NCBI GenBank assembly: GCA_014238615.1
Contig: JABAAT010000007.1
Span: 40,736-104,735 of the forward strand
DNA from: Gammaproteobacteria bacterium
GTDB taxonomy: Bacteria; Pseudomonadota; Gammaproteobacteria; Porifericomitales; Porifericomitaceae
Direction of reading: 5' to 3'
DNA: 64,000 bases
The position numbers were made by a program, and so were the translations under genes. The notes below the pieces were generated by a model. It worked only from the letters and a program-made list of their open reading frames with translations. It was not told the DNA's origin and searched no databases. Of this stretch, positions 48,043-58,215 are shown piece after piece. Numbering within the stretch: the first letter of the stretch is position 1; the number at the start of each line of letters is the position of its first letter.

Positions 48043-48630
48043 TCAGACGGCTTCTTCGCCGATGATTAATTTCTGCTCGCCGGAGAAACGGTACAGGGGC
48101 ACTTCCAGGTTGAGTTGCGCCGGCACGCCCTTATACACGCGCCCGGCCAGGTCAAACCGCGAGCGATGGCAGGGACAGTAAAACCCGCCGTTCCAGTCTT
48201 CCCCCAGGTTGTGCTCGGCGCCGGCCGCCAGGTAAATCGGCACACAGCCGAAGTGCGTACACTGCGCCAGTAACACCAGGTATTCGGGGCGCAACGAGCG
48301 GTACTCGTTGCGGGCGAATTCCGGCTGCTGCGCCTTCAGAGACTTCGGATCCCTCAGTTGCGGGTCGTTCTCCCGCAATTCGCCGATCATTTCCGGCGTC
48401 CGGTACAACACGACGACAGGACGACCGCGCCATTTCACGGTGCGGCGCGCGCCGCCTTTACGCAGGTCGCTGATATCCACATCCACTGGCCCGCTGGCGA
48501 TGCGCGCCCGGGCGCTGGGTTGCAGGCTGGTCAGGAAAGGTACCGCGGCGGCGACCAGGCCGCCGCCCCCCACAACGGTGGCGGTGGTTGTCAGAAAGCG
48601 CCGGCGGCGCTGATCAAAATCGCGGCTCAT
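48043..48630 (-). CDS. petA: ubiquinol-cytochrome c reductase Rieske iron-sulfur subunit
   Basis: Tat-like N-terminus RRRRFL; Rieske boxes CTHFGC and CPCHRSRFD. Confidence 0.9.
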   Translation of the reverse strand: MSRDFDQRRRRFLTTTATVVGGGGLVAAAVPFLTSLQPSARARIASGPVDVDISDLRKGGARRTVKWRGRPVVVLYRTPEMIGELRENDPQLRDPKSLKAQQPEFARNEYRSLRPEYLVLLAQCTHFGCVPIYLAAGAEHNLGEDWNGGFYCPCHRSRFDLAGRVYKGVPAQLNLEVPLYRFSGEQKLIIGEEAV

Positions 48631-48654
48631 GGAAGCTGGGGCCTTTCTCTAAGA

Positions 48655-48684
48655 TGCAGGCCGGAATGCAGGCCGAAATGCAGA
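48655..48684. promoter_or_regulatory. tandem 12-mer ATGCAGGCCG(G/A)A x2.5 in the petA upstream leader
   Basis: Direct repeats 25-55 bp upstream of the petA ATG. A sigma54 -24/-12 match was looked for and rejected. Confidence 0.3.
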
Positions 48685-48878
48685 AAAATCACGATTCCAC
48701 TCTAGACGAAAGCGGCGGCGGCCTTCCGGCGAAGACACCGGAGAAGACCGTCAAGGGAAGAAACGGCGGGGCTTCAATACAACCGTGAAGTATAGCATGC
48801 ACGCCCCCGCCGAGAACCAGGCGGGGGGATACCCATTCAGGGTAACGGCCACCCGCGGCCGGGCCGCCGGGCGCCCTG

Positions 48879-50513
48879 TCAGTCGTCTTCCCCGGAAGGT
48901 GTTTTCTGCAGGCGGCTGTAGAGGGTGGAACGATTCACACCCAGCAGTCGGGCGGCGCGGCTCAGGTTGTTCCCGCTGATCTCCAGGGCGACTCGCACGT
49001 AGCGCTGCTCCTGCCTTGAAAGTACCTCGTTCAGCTGGAAGTCGGGATCCAGGAGACGGCGGCGCAGCTCGGAATCCTGTCCCAGGGTATCCGGCGCGGC
49101 TCTCAGTTCCGGGTCCAGCTCTTCCGCCAGTTGTTCCACGCCGATGCAAGTGCCGGGATGGCGGGCGCAGAGCCGGATCACCACGTTCCGCAGCTCACGC
49201 ACATTCCCGGGGAAGAGATAGGAAAGCAGCAGGGTGCGCGCTTCCTCGGACAAGCGGATACCCGTGGCATCGGTCGTGTACAGCTTGCGGAAATGCTCAA
49301 ACAGCAACAGGCGATCGTCGCCGCGGTCGCGCAGCGCCGGGACCAGCATCGTCAACACGCTCAAGCGGTGGTAAAGATCCAAGCGGAAATTCCCGTTGCG
49401 TACCTCTTCCCGCAGATCCCGGTTGGTGGAGGCGAGGATGCGGGCGCGCAGGCGGCGCGTTCGGGTTTCCCCCAGGCGGTAATAGTACCCATCGTCCAGC
49501 ACCCGCAGCAGCTTGGCTTGCAGTCTGGGGGACAGCTCGCCCACCTCGTCAAACAGCAGCGTACCCTCCCCGACCTCATCAAAGAAACCGGACCGCTCCT
49601 CGTGCGCGTCGGTGAAAGCGCCGCGCGTATGGCCGAAAAGCTGCGCCTCCAGCAGTTCTCCCGGCAGGGCCGCGCAGTTGACGGGAAGATAAGATCGCCG
49701 CGCGTTCGCCCCGGCCTGGTGCAGACGCCGCGCCACCAGTTCCTTGCCGGTCCCGGACTCCCCCTCGATCAGCAGCGGAAAAGGCACCTTGGCGAACTGG
49801 GTGATCAGGGTGCGCAAAGTCTGCATCACCGGACTCTCACCCAGAAGTTCCCGCCCGTCCGGGGAGGCGTGCCCGGCCAGCTTCCGCTCCGCCTCGCGCA
49901 TCGTGCGTTGGTGCCACAAGCGGGCGCGCAGTAACTCCAGCTCACAGGGCTTGGTGATGAAATCCGCGGCACCCAGGCTGAGCGCCTGCTGTACGTTGTC
50001 CCGGGTGCTCTGTCCGGACAGCACCAGGATCTTCATATCCCCGTCCCGCGCCAGCAGCTCCCGGAGCAACCTCAGTCCTTCACGCGGGTCATGCGGCTTG
50101 GGCGGCAAGCCCAGGTCAAGCAGCACCAACTCCGGGGGGGCGCACTCGCGTAGCAGGTTCAGGGTGTCCCTGCGCGTGGCAGCGCTCACCAGGCGATACT
50201 CATCACCCAGGGCGATCGACAGGGAACCGACGATCAACTCATCATCGTCAACCAGCAGCAAGACCGGCTTGGTGGTATCGGCCGCGCCACCAACCGGCGT
50301 AAATTCCGGATTGTTCTGCACACTTGATATCGAGAGGGATCTCAGCTGGGAAGCCGGAAGCTCAAAGGCTGCGGGGCCGGCAACGGGCGGGCGGCCGCCG
50401 CCAGGCGTTGCGGGAGCGGGAAGGCTTCTTCTATCTGCAATTCCGCGGCTCTGGGCGTCGAGGTTCCTGAAGCCATTGATGAGCCCCCAGCGTAAAACAC
50501 CACCCGCCGACAA
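48879..50513 (-). CDS. sigma54-dependent response regulator (NtrC family)
   Basis: Receiver domain (LLLVDDDE...LLDLGLPP); AAA+ sigma54 activator core (GESGTGKELVARRLH, GAFTDA, ESELFGH-like); C-terminal Fis-type HTH. About 80 aa of low-complexity N-terminus, so the true start is possibly an internal GTG. Confidence 0.85.
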   Translation of the reverse strand: MSAGGVLRWGLINGFRNLDAQSRGIADRRSLPAPATPGGGRPPVAGPAAFELPASQLRSLSISSVQNNPEFTPVGGAADTTKPVLLLVDDDELIVGSLSIALGDEYRLVSAATRRDTLNLLRECAPPELVLLDLGLPPKPHDPREGLRLLRELLARDGDMKILVLSGQSTRDNVQQALSLGAADFITKPCELELLRARLWHQRTMREAERKLAGHASPDGRELLGESPVMQTLRTLITQFAKVPFPLLIEGESGTGKELVARRLHQAGANARRSYLPVNCAALPGELLEAQLFGHTRGAFTDAHEERSGFFDEVGEGTLLFDEVGELSPRLQAKLLRVLDDGYYYRLGETRTRRLRARILASTNRDLREEVRNGNFRLDLYHRLSVLTMLVPALRDRGDDRLLLFEHFRKLYTTDATGIRLSEEARTLLLSYLFPGNVRELRNVVIRLCARHPGTCIGVEQLAEELDPELRAAPDTLGQDSELRRRLLDPDFQLNEVLSRQEQRYVRVALEISGNNLSRAARLLGVNRSTLYSRLQKTPSGEDD

Positions 50514-50972
50514 TCAACCTTGCAGGCAGGGACTTTTAGCCGACCGCCCGGCCCAGGGACGCCGCCGGGCGGGCTGACTGCTCCCTTCATAAGCTTCCAC
50601 CAACACCTTGGATACCTCCGCCATGCGGAGAGGCAATTGCCGGAGGTGACTAACAACTAACCACCACGCATCGCCACCGTCACTCAGATCCTTTTTCCTG
50701 CTCTCCATGCGGTCGGCGATCTGAGCCATCTGCGCGGTCACATGCAGCAACCGATCGCGAGGCTGTTTCTTCTCCAGTAGTTCAGAGGCCAGGACTCTAA
50801 ACTTCTTCAACTCCTCGTTCAGGGCACCCAGGTACTCCGACTGCTCGGGCTGGCCCACCAGGAAGCTTCTCGTCTCCTGCAACTCCTCCCCCCAGTGCTC
50901 CAGGCGGCGCAAGACGGCTGAATTCAATTGCGCTTGTCTCTCTAACGCATTCACTTGCGATTTTTTCTGCAA
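50514..50972 (-). CDS. hypothetical coiled-coil protein
   Basis: 152-aa ORF whose stop directly abuts the regulator start. Confidence 0.4.
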   Translation of the reverse strand: MQKKSQVNALERQAQLNSAVLRRLEHWGEELQETRSFLVGQPEQSEYLGALNEELKKFRVLASELLEKKQPRDRLLHVTAQMAQIADRMESRKKDLSDGGDAWWLVVSHLRQLPLRMAEVSKVLVEAYEGSSQPARRRPWAGRSAKSPCLQG

Positions 50973-51637
50973 CTCATTTCACCTCACAAGACCTCTTCGT
51001 ATCTCAACCATGAATGGCTCCCCCTGGTCAGCACCCGACGTGTCAATGTCAGTCTTCCTCCCTGGCCTTGCCAGTTAATCGAGCCGTAGTCTGTCTGAGC
51101 TCTTCCGCGACATTTCCTACTATATTAATAACCTGGATGGGTTGTCTATTTTTCATACCCGCAAGCTCATTTTTTCCACCATTAAGCTCCTCTTCTACAC
51201 CCTATTAGACCGTTCAACAACTACATCAGCTCGGGCAGAACAAGCTGGATAATGCTCTTTCGCCATTCCATGGACCAGGCACCTTAGCAGATGTTTCAAG
51301 CGTACTTTATTAAGGTTATTCGTAGGACGCCAGTGACACCAATACCTAAGAATTTCTCCTGTACCCGTGAGGGTGTCCTTGCACCGGTCCAGGAAGAACC
51401 CATGACCAGCTCTCTCAGCCTTACTACCACAAGGCTAGCATACTGCCCCGAAAAAAGCAACCTCCAAGAGCTCAGTAAAACAACTACTTCCAAGACCCTC
51501 TTAAAAGCTCTTTTATATGGGACTAATAGGTAAGATTAGGTAATCATATCACCATAATCTACACAAATTCCTACGGTTGAGGACACACCTGTCAAGCGCC
51601 CGTTTGTCTAAAATTAAGAAATCAGTATTGGGATCTT

Positions 51638-52175
51638 GCGAATGCTGCACTGGACCGTTTTTATCAACGATTGATTGATAGGCTCGGAGGCCGCAGGATG
51701 GCTTCCTGGAGGGGAGCCCCCCTGGGCGTGCCCGCGGGCGCCCCTGGGGCGTCCGCCGCGAGGCAACGCGGATTGTGCCCGCAAAGCCCAGTCCGAGCAG
51801 TTGGACGGCCAAGGCAACCGCGCTGCTCCCGCCGCGGGCCGCGTGTCGATCAAGCCGACGCAGGCTGCGGGCGGCCGCTTCCACCGTGCGGCAACCGCCG
51901 GCGAATGGAACATACACCTGTGGCAAGCGGTTGCCGGGACTAGTCGGGCGGCAGTCCGCCGCGCACTTCCAGCGCCAGGTGAGACGCGCCGCGAAAAGGG
52001 CACGGGAAAACGCCGCATGGGTGCGTTTTTAGGGAGGGCCAGGGGGTAGTCCCCACTTGTGGCCGGCCGCCGCGCCAGGCCGACCTATGCCGGACGGCAC
52101 GATGGAACGGCGCCCCCGGCGATGACGAGCGCGCCCAAGCCGACCAGGCACCAAGTCAGGCGGACTTCCAAGTCC
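51638..52175 (+). repeat. GC-rich conserved element, copy A, of a 4-unit tandem array
   Basis: Shares its 5' block (GAATGCTGCACTGGRCCGTTTTTATCAACGATTGAT...CCCCCCTGGGCGTGCCCGCGGGCG...GCGAGGCAACGCGGATTGTG) with copy B. Shares its 3' block (...GCGCCGCGAAAAGGGCAC.GGAAAACGCCGC...GGGGTAGTCCCCACTTG.GGCC...CTATGCCGGACGGCACGAT.GAACGGCG) with copies C and D. Confidence 0.8.
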
Positions 52176-52891
52176 GTCCAGGTCGGTGGAGCGGAGGATT
52201 CAGGCGGCACTGGAAGAAGTGCGGACTCCGCAACAGCCGGAGCCTGCCGCCCGACCCCCGACTGCAGCCGCCGCCACCGGAAATCAGGCGGCAACCGGAG
52301 CCGGCCACCAACACGAGCGTGGATTCCGGGCCCGGCGGTCCCTGACCAGCCGCCCGGGGCCGGGATCGGGGGAAATGTCACACCAGGCTAGTCTTTTCCC
52401 CCACCCTCATCCTTTTACCCGCCTGATCAGCTCATCTGCTATCCGCCCGGCCACCTTATATCCTCTTTACTTGATCAGTAGATCTGCTGTCTGCTTGACC
52501 AGCTCACCTTCTACCTGATGCTGCCCGCCTATTACCTTTGCCAGTGCAGCCTGTCTCTGTCCTTCCAACTCCCCTATTTTTCAACCACGCCTTGATTGGT
52601 GAGCTTCATGAACTTTATTATGGTTTTATATAGGTCCTCAATTTTTCTCTCGATTTCTTTAATTTCCCCAAAGCTTTTATCCATTTTCTCATGCAACTTA
52701 TTGAACCATCCCCGTAACTCATTTCCAGCACGCACTGCCAGCAGCAGCGTTCAGGACAGCCAGCACAGCGAATTGATTAGCCCCCAGTCGAAAGCAAGGA
52801 CGAAGGCGAGGAAATCCCCCATCAGCTCATTATCACTAGACAAAAAAGACCAAGAGCGCACACAGAGGCGCGACCGGTCGCCTACCTACGT

Positions 52892-53254
52892 CTAGCCCAA
52901 GTGGCCTTGGTGTGCCTTTGGTACCTCGATACTGTGATCATCGACCGTGACGGCTGGTTGTCCACTCCCTTTTCTGCTCACTGGGCTAATCGACGGTGTG
53001 GTATCGTAGCCTGACCCTACCGGCTTTTTGGCAATCATTTCTTCGGCCTTTCGTATCATCTGGTCCAGCTCTTCCTTCCTGCGCCAAAGCTTCGCCAATT
53101 TTCGTTCTTTGGCGTCAAACTCCCGCTCTTTAGCAAATTTCCGTATTTGAAGTCTCACGTAGTTCCACATCGTAATTGGCCCAATCATGGCAGTCCTCCC
53201 AGGCTCTCCAAAAAGTAAAAAGATCGATGACATGCACCAAGTCGGGCAGCGCAT
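52892..53254 (-). CDS. small coiled-coil hypothetical protein (island family 1)
   Basis: MWNYVRLQIRKFAKEREFDAKERKLAKLWRRKEELDQMIRKAEEMIAKK. Paralogous to the ORF at 56729..56995 on the other strand. Confidence 0.3.
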   Translation of the reverse strand: MRCPTWCMSSIFLLFGEPGRTAMIGPITMWNYVRLQIRKFAKEREFDAKERKLAKLWRRKEELDQMIRKAEEMIAKKPVGSGYDTTPSISPVSRKGSGQPAVTVDDHSIEVPKAHQGHLG

Positions 53255-53426
53255 CCAGTCATTTCCTCTACCTGCCTTTGAAGATCAAAAATATGCACGC
53301 TCCATGCGCCAAAAGCCGGGTTAAGCAAAAACAAGCCTATTGTGTGCAAATTGTCCGAATTATCAGAAAAATTATACCATGGCAGCGAACTGCTTTAACT
53401 GACAGCTTTTTCAGAATTGGGACCTT

Positions 53427-53690
53427 GTGAATGCTGCACTGGGCCGTTTTTATCAACGATTGATAGGTTCGGAGGCCGCGGGATGACTTCCGGGGGGAAG
53501 GCCCCCCTGGGCGTGCCCGCGGGCGACCCTGGGGCGTCTCGCCGCGAGGCAACGCGGATTGTGTCCGCAAAGCCCAGGCCGAGCAGCTGGACGGCCGGGG
53601 CAACGGCGCCGCGGCCGCCGCGTGCAACGCTCCGGTCAAGCCGGCGCAGGCCGCAAGCGGCCTGGTTTCACCGTATGGAGATCTAACTAG
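53427..53690 (+). repeat. GC-rich conserved element, copy B (5' part only)
   Basis: About 90% identical to the 5' 260 bp of copy A. Confidence 0.8.
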
Positions 53691-53947
53691 TTGATTTAAC
53701 TATAGTATTCTTGGTGGTTGTTGCTTCTAGACCACAAGCGGAAGACCTGCTCAAAACCCTGGCCGCAAGGTTCCGGAGTCCGAGGACGCGGGTCTTTTTG
53801 TCTTGACGGGAACAGGCTTTTGAGGCATATTTATGCTCACGCCTACGCTTGATCGTGTGCGTGTGCAGCGGTTGGGTGCCTGCCCACCTTCCGCTGGATT
53901 TCGCGGCATGATAGAGAACGATCGGGCGGGTTTTCAATATTTAGCCT

Positions 53948-54160
53948 TTGGGATACTACATGCAGAAGATTGTGGAGGTCGATATGGATCGCAAACATGA
54001 ATCCTCTGGGGAGAGACGGATGGATCGCAAACATGAATCCTCTGGCGAGAAACAGCGCCTGGAGCGAGACAATTTGAAGCGGATGTCTAATGAATTGAAG
54101 GAGAAAGCCAGGCAGCTGAGAGAGCAAGCCGAAGATTGGCGGAATCACAAAGCTTCCTAG
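53948..54160 (+). CDS. small hypothetical protein with an internal 36-bp tandem repeat (island family 2)
   Basis: MDRKHESSGE(R/K) is encoded twice (53983..54054); C-terminal part NLKRMSNELKEKARQLREQAEDW. A paralogous remnant lies on the minus strand at ~62290..62450. Confidence 0.3.
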   Translation: MGYYMQKIVEVDMDRKHESSGERRMDRKHESSGEKQRLERDNLKRMSNELKEKARQLREQAEDWRNHKAS

Positions 54161-54414
54161 CCGTCATTGGATGTCAATCATGGCCGCGCGGAGACAGAGT
54201 TAGAGACTAGATGGTGGTCCCCGTGCGGCACACAGCAATGCAGGGGGAAGGCCGCTCCCTGGGGAAATCTTAATCCGGTCTTAGGAGTGGTCTGGGGGGA
54301 GGGAGACTTCTAATAAATGGGCTGCCAAATGCGTTTCTAAGCGGCTTCTCCGTGTCAATCTTATCCGAATGAGGGACTAATGGGTAATAATAATTCTTAC
54401 ACGGTGCTTGGCGG

Positions 54415-54972
54415 GTGGAGCTTGCTGGTGTTCTTGACGTTGATCGGGATCGGGTGGAGTCCGTCCAACTGGCTGTTCACTGCTTTTATGACTTTAGGGG
54501 GATCGTAATAGGGGGAGGTGGGGTCTGGTGGTGGTTAAGAAAGCAGGCGGGGACGGCCAGTACCGAGGACAGTGCCGAGGACAGTGGCAACATCGATCCT
54601 GAGCTACCTGAGCTACTTGGATCCAGGGATGAGCTGGTAAAGCAGTTTAGTGCGCTCCATGCGCGAATAGAGCAGAGGTCGCATGCGCTCTGGAGAAAGC
54701 AGCAGGCCAAAATACGGGAAAGGCAGCAGCAGATCAAACGGCGGGAAGCGAAGGTCAGGTTGAAGGAAGAGGGGATCGCACTGAATATAAAGCAGGCCAG
54801 ATTGATGGAAAGACGGGCTGAGCTTATAGATACGTATATTGCCTTGCAGGAAAAGCAGGACGCACTAGAGACGAAGAAGGGAAATTGGCTGAAGGAGAAC
54901 GACAAACTGAATAAAGAGCGGGAAGAACTGGCGAAGAAGGTGGAAGAACTGAATAAAGAGCCGGACAAGTAG
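54415..54972 (+). CDS. coiled-coil hypothetical protein (island family 3)
   Basis: Lys/Glu-rich heptad-like C-terminus ...KQARLMERRAELIDTYIALQEKQ.... A related fragment lies at 57385..57597. Confidence 0.35.
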   Translation: MELAGVLDVDRDRVESVQLAVHCFYDFRGIVIGGGGVWWWLRKQAGTASTEDSAEDSGNIDPELPELLGSRDELVKQFSALHARIEQRSHALWRKQQAKIRERQQQIKRREAKVRLKEEGIALNIKQARLMERRAELIDTYIALQEKQDALETKKGNWLKENDKLNKEREELAKKVEELNKEPDK

Positions 54973-55484
54973 GAGGCGGAATCCGCGACAGTCTGGAATG
55001 GTCTTCAAGCCTGTGCATAAAGCTTGTGGATAAGAATGGTCTTCCGGCAGGGTTGATTGTCGGCGGGTGGCGTCTCACGCTGGGACTCGGCATAACTTCC
55101 GGAACCTCAACACTCATTTTGTGAGAGTGCAGACAGAAGACGCCTGTCCGCTTCCGCAACGCCTGACAGCGGCCACCTGCCTGTTGCCGGTGCCGAGAGC
55201 GGACGGCCTGGACGGGCCTGTACCGCGCCCAGGGGCGCAAGGATGCGGAGGCGACCGTAGAGTATCTGCACCGGCATTACCCGGACGGGCCCTGGCCCGG
55301 CTGTCGCCACCGGGTGACCTGGCAGCGCTGGAAGGCACCCCTGGGGACTGTCCGAGAATGGACGAGGATGGCGACTACCTGCCGGCACGGGACCCGGAGG
55401 ATCCGCCCGCGCCGGAGCCCCCGGTTCAGCAGACGGCGAAGTGCCGGCGCCTGCTGCACCCGATAGTAGACTTCAGTACCTAGG

Positions 55485-56165
55485 CACCCCGCCGTGGACC
55501 TTCGCACGGGCGGGCCATGGCGGCCCGGAAGTCCAGGCGCACCCGGAAGTTCCAGAAGTAAGTCGGTGCGCCGCCGTCTTCCATGAGGTAGCGATAGGGT
55601 TCACGCTGCTCAATCCGGCGAAAGAACCAGGGCCGGGAGAACTAATCCGCTTCCATGGATGCGCCCGATGTGTTGTAGAAGCATCCACACTGTATGTAGC
55701 GGCCGGCGGCCGTGCAGTTCGGTTGCGGGAGGTGGCAGGCCGGGGCAACGGCGCCGCGGCCGCCACGGGCGGCGTGCCGGTCACGCTGGCGCGGGCCGTG
55801 GGCGGGCGGTGGATCGCAGGCGGTCGGTGAACCGCGGGCGGGCGGTGGGCCGTGGGCGGGCGGTGCCGCCGTGCGGCAACCGGGGGCGGACGGAACATGC
55901 ACCTGGGGCAAGCGGTTGGCGGGCTTGGGCGGGCGACAGTCCGCCGCACATTTCCAACGCCAGGTTGAGACGCGCCGCGAAAAGGGCACAGGGAAACGCC
56001 GCGGGGATGCGTTTTGAGGGGAGGCCAGGGGGTAGTCCCCACTTGCGGCCAGGCACCGCGCCCAGGCGGACCTATGCCGGACGGCACGATAGAACGGCGA
56101 CCACGGCGATGATGAGCGCGCCCAGGCCGCCCAAGTGCCAGGTCAGGCGGGTTTCCAGAACGGCC
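55485..56165 (+). repeat. GC-rich conserved element, copy C (long form)
   Basis: Its 5' extension ACCCCGCCGTGGACCTTCGC.CGGGCGGGCCATGGCGGCCCGGAAGTCCAGGCGCAC...CTAATCCGCTTCCATGGATGCGCCCGA is shared with copy D; the remainder aligns with A and D. Confidence 0.8.
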
Positions 56166-56728
56166 AGGTCGGCGGTGATGTCGGTTCTCGCGGCAAGTTG
56201 TTCAAAGGGCGAAAATCCGGTCGCAGCGGTCCTGCCCTTGCTCTCGTCCGCGCCGACGGATGATGGGCGCATCGTATCGCTCGGTGTGTGGGAAGGTCGT
56301 CATGGTGTCTGTAACATACCAGGCTTCGCGACGCCTTGGCCGGCCTGGAGCTGCCGGATGCAGCCGTGACATAAAGTGTTTTGCCTCCGTGTGACCAATT
56401 TTTGCCCCTGCCCGGCGAACTTTACCCGCTGTTCCGCCGGTTTCCCTGGAATTCCCAACAATCAATCCCCGTTGTCTCTGTGGCAAAAAACACGGTTCAT
56501 TGGTAGCGCCTGGCGGCATTGATTCGGCCACACTTTTATGCTGTACTTATCTCGTCTGCTGACTGCGCTCGGCGGGTATGCCACCCGTCCGCCTCCGCTG
56601 GGCTTCACGGTATCAAGGAGCCAACCGGGCGGTTTCCAGGGATTTCCCCGCAGACAGATGCGGTTGCTCTTCTCGCCGCCCGGGTGGCTAATCTTTAATC
56701 GCTACAGTCAACCCGATAAGTTTGAAGT

Positions 56729-56995
56729 TTGAACCACCAGATTGGAGATGTTCACATGGCCTGGATTAGACGGAACCCCACCCAGGAGCAAGAGTTCGAG
56801 AAGCGGCTACGCAAGCTGAGAAAGGAGGTGAGGCAAGTGACTGGCGAGATGCGGGAAACAGCCAGGCGGCTGCTGGAGCGAGCCGAGCAGTTGGATGCGA
56901 AGAAAGCCCAGGCTCCCGAGACATCATCAGAGGCCTATAGCGAGGAAAACCGCGGAAAGTCGCTGGTCTCCGTGGAGGAACCCGCAAGGGAGTAG
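56729..56995 (+). CDS. small coiled-coil hypothetical protein (island family 1)
   Basis: MAWIRRNPTQEQEFEKRLRKLRKEVRQVTGEMRETARRLLERAEQLDAKK. Paralog of 52892..53254. Confidence 0.3.
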   Translation: MNHQIGDVHMAWIRRNPTQEQEFEKRLRKLRKEVRQVTGEMRETARRLLERAEQLDAKKAQAPETSSEAYSEENRGKSLVSVEEPARE

Positions 56996-57070
56996 ATCGT
57001 CCCAGGGTAGGGAGGGGAAAGACCTCGGATTAGGCCGCCAAGGGTACTCCTGCGCTCTTTCCCGTGTCAA

Positions 57071-57409
57071 TTGATCCGAATGCGCAATGATCACAATAGT
57101 CCGTCAATGCTGCCGGCGGTGCTGCTGGCGGTGCTTGGGTGGCTCTTGGCGGTGTTCCTGGCGGTGCTCGGGTGCTCCAGATGGTTTCTCACGTTCGACG
57201 CTGTTACCCTCCTTGCTGTCGTGGTTGTGGTTTTCGCGGTATTGCTCTTCGTGTCCCGCGAGCTCAGGTTGGTACAAGACAATCAAATCCGGTCACCGCA
57301 CACCCGGTATTTACCTGGTTCCTTTAGAAAAAGGGAAGGGCGAGGCCAGGCAGCTGGCAGCTGGTTGACTATGCGCTTCAGCTATTGGAGCAAGAGAATG
57401 CCGGGCTGA
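57071..57409 (+). CDS. small membrane hypothetical protein, possibly fused by frameshift to the downstream coiled-coil fragment
   Basis: Two hydrophobic helices (AVLLAVLGWLLAVFLAVLG, LLAVVVVVFAVLLFV) encoded by imperfect 15-mer repeats. The +1 frame continues into 57385..57597. Confidence 0.3.
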   Translation: MIRMRNDHNSPSMLPAVLLAVLGWLLAVFLAVLGCSRWFLTFDAVTLLAVVVVVFAVLLFVSRELRLVQDNQIRSPHTRYLPGSFRKREGRGQAAGSWLTMRFSYWSKRMPG

Positions 57410-57680
57410 TGAAACAGCAGGCTGAACTATTGATAGAGCGGGCCGAGCTGATAGACGGGCGGACAGGTGGGTTGCTGAGTGGGCAAAAGAACAGGCCGGG
57501 CGGAAGAAAAAGCAGGACAAGTGAGCGTCAGATAGATAGGATGCGAAGACCTGCCCCAAGGTCGGCTGCACGGTGGTGCCTGCAGCCCGCGGAGTGATAA
57601 GTGATTGATGGCGGGTGTAGAGGCCGGGAACGGCCTCTTGGCAGAGGTTGATTGTCCGCGGGTTATAAAGAAACCGCGGC

Positions 57681-58215
57681 ACCCCGCCGTGGACCTTCGC
57701 GCGGGCGGGCCATGGCGCGTAGGCGGGCCATGGCGGCCCGGAAGTCCAGGCGCACCTGGGAGGTCCAGGGGCAAGTCGGTGCGCCGCCGCCTTCCACGCC
57801 ACCGCCTTCCATGCCGCCGCCTTCCATGAGGTAGCGATAGGGTGCACGCCGCTCAATCCGGCGCAAAACCAGGGCCGGGAGAGCTAATCCGCTTCCATGG
57901 ATGCGCCCGAGGTGTTGTAAAAAGCATCCACACTGTATGTAGCGGCCGGCGGCTGGACAGCGGCCGTGAAGGCCGGTTGCGGGAGGTAGCAGGCCGAGGC
58001 AACGGGCCGCGACCGCCGCGGGCGGACGGTGGGCCGGTCACGCCGGCGCGGGCCGCGGGCGGACGGTGGGCCCGCGGGCGGGGCAGACGCTTCCACCGTG
58101 CGGCAACCGTCGGCGTCCGGAACATGCACCTGGGGCAAGCGGCTGGCGGGCGGCCTGGTCGGGCGGCAGTCCGCCACGCACTTCCAGTCCAGGCCGGGCG
58201 CGTCCAGGTCGGCGG
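57681..58215 (+). repeat. GC-rich conserved element, copy D (long form)
   Basis: Collinear with copy C; contains an internal 3x expansion of a CGCCGCCTTCCATG 15-mer. Confidence 0.8.

Noticed and set aside
48631-48700. sigma54 promoter upstream of petA (given the adjacent NtrC-like regulator)
   Set aside because: The best TGG...GC candidate (minus strand TGGAATCGTGATTTTTCTGCAT) has 15-nt rather than 10-nt GG-GC spacing.
55659-56369. 236-aa Arg/Gly-rich plus-strand ORF and other long ORFs inside the GC-rich repeat copies
   Set aside because: Frames are not conserved between repeat copies (frame drifts among A-D). Composition-driven, not credible proteins.
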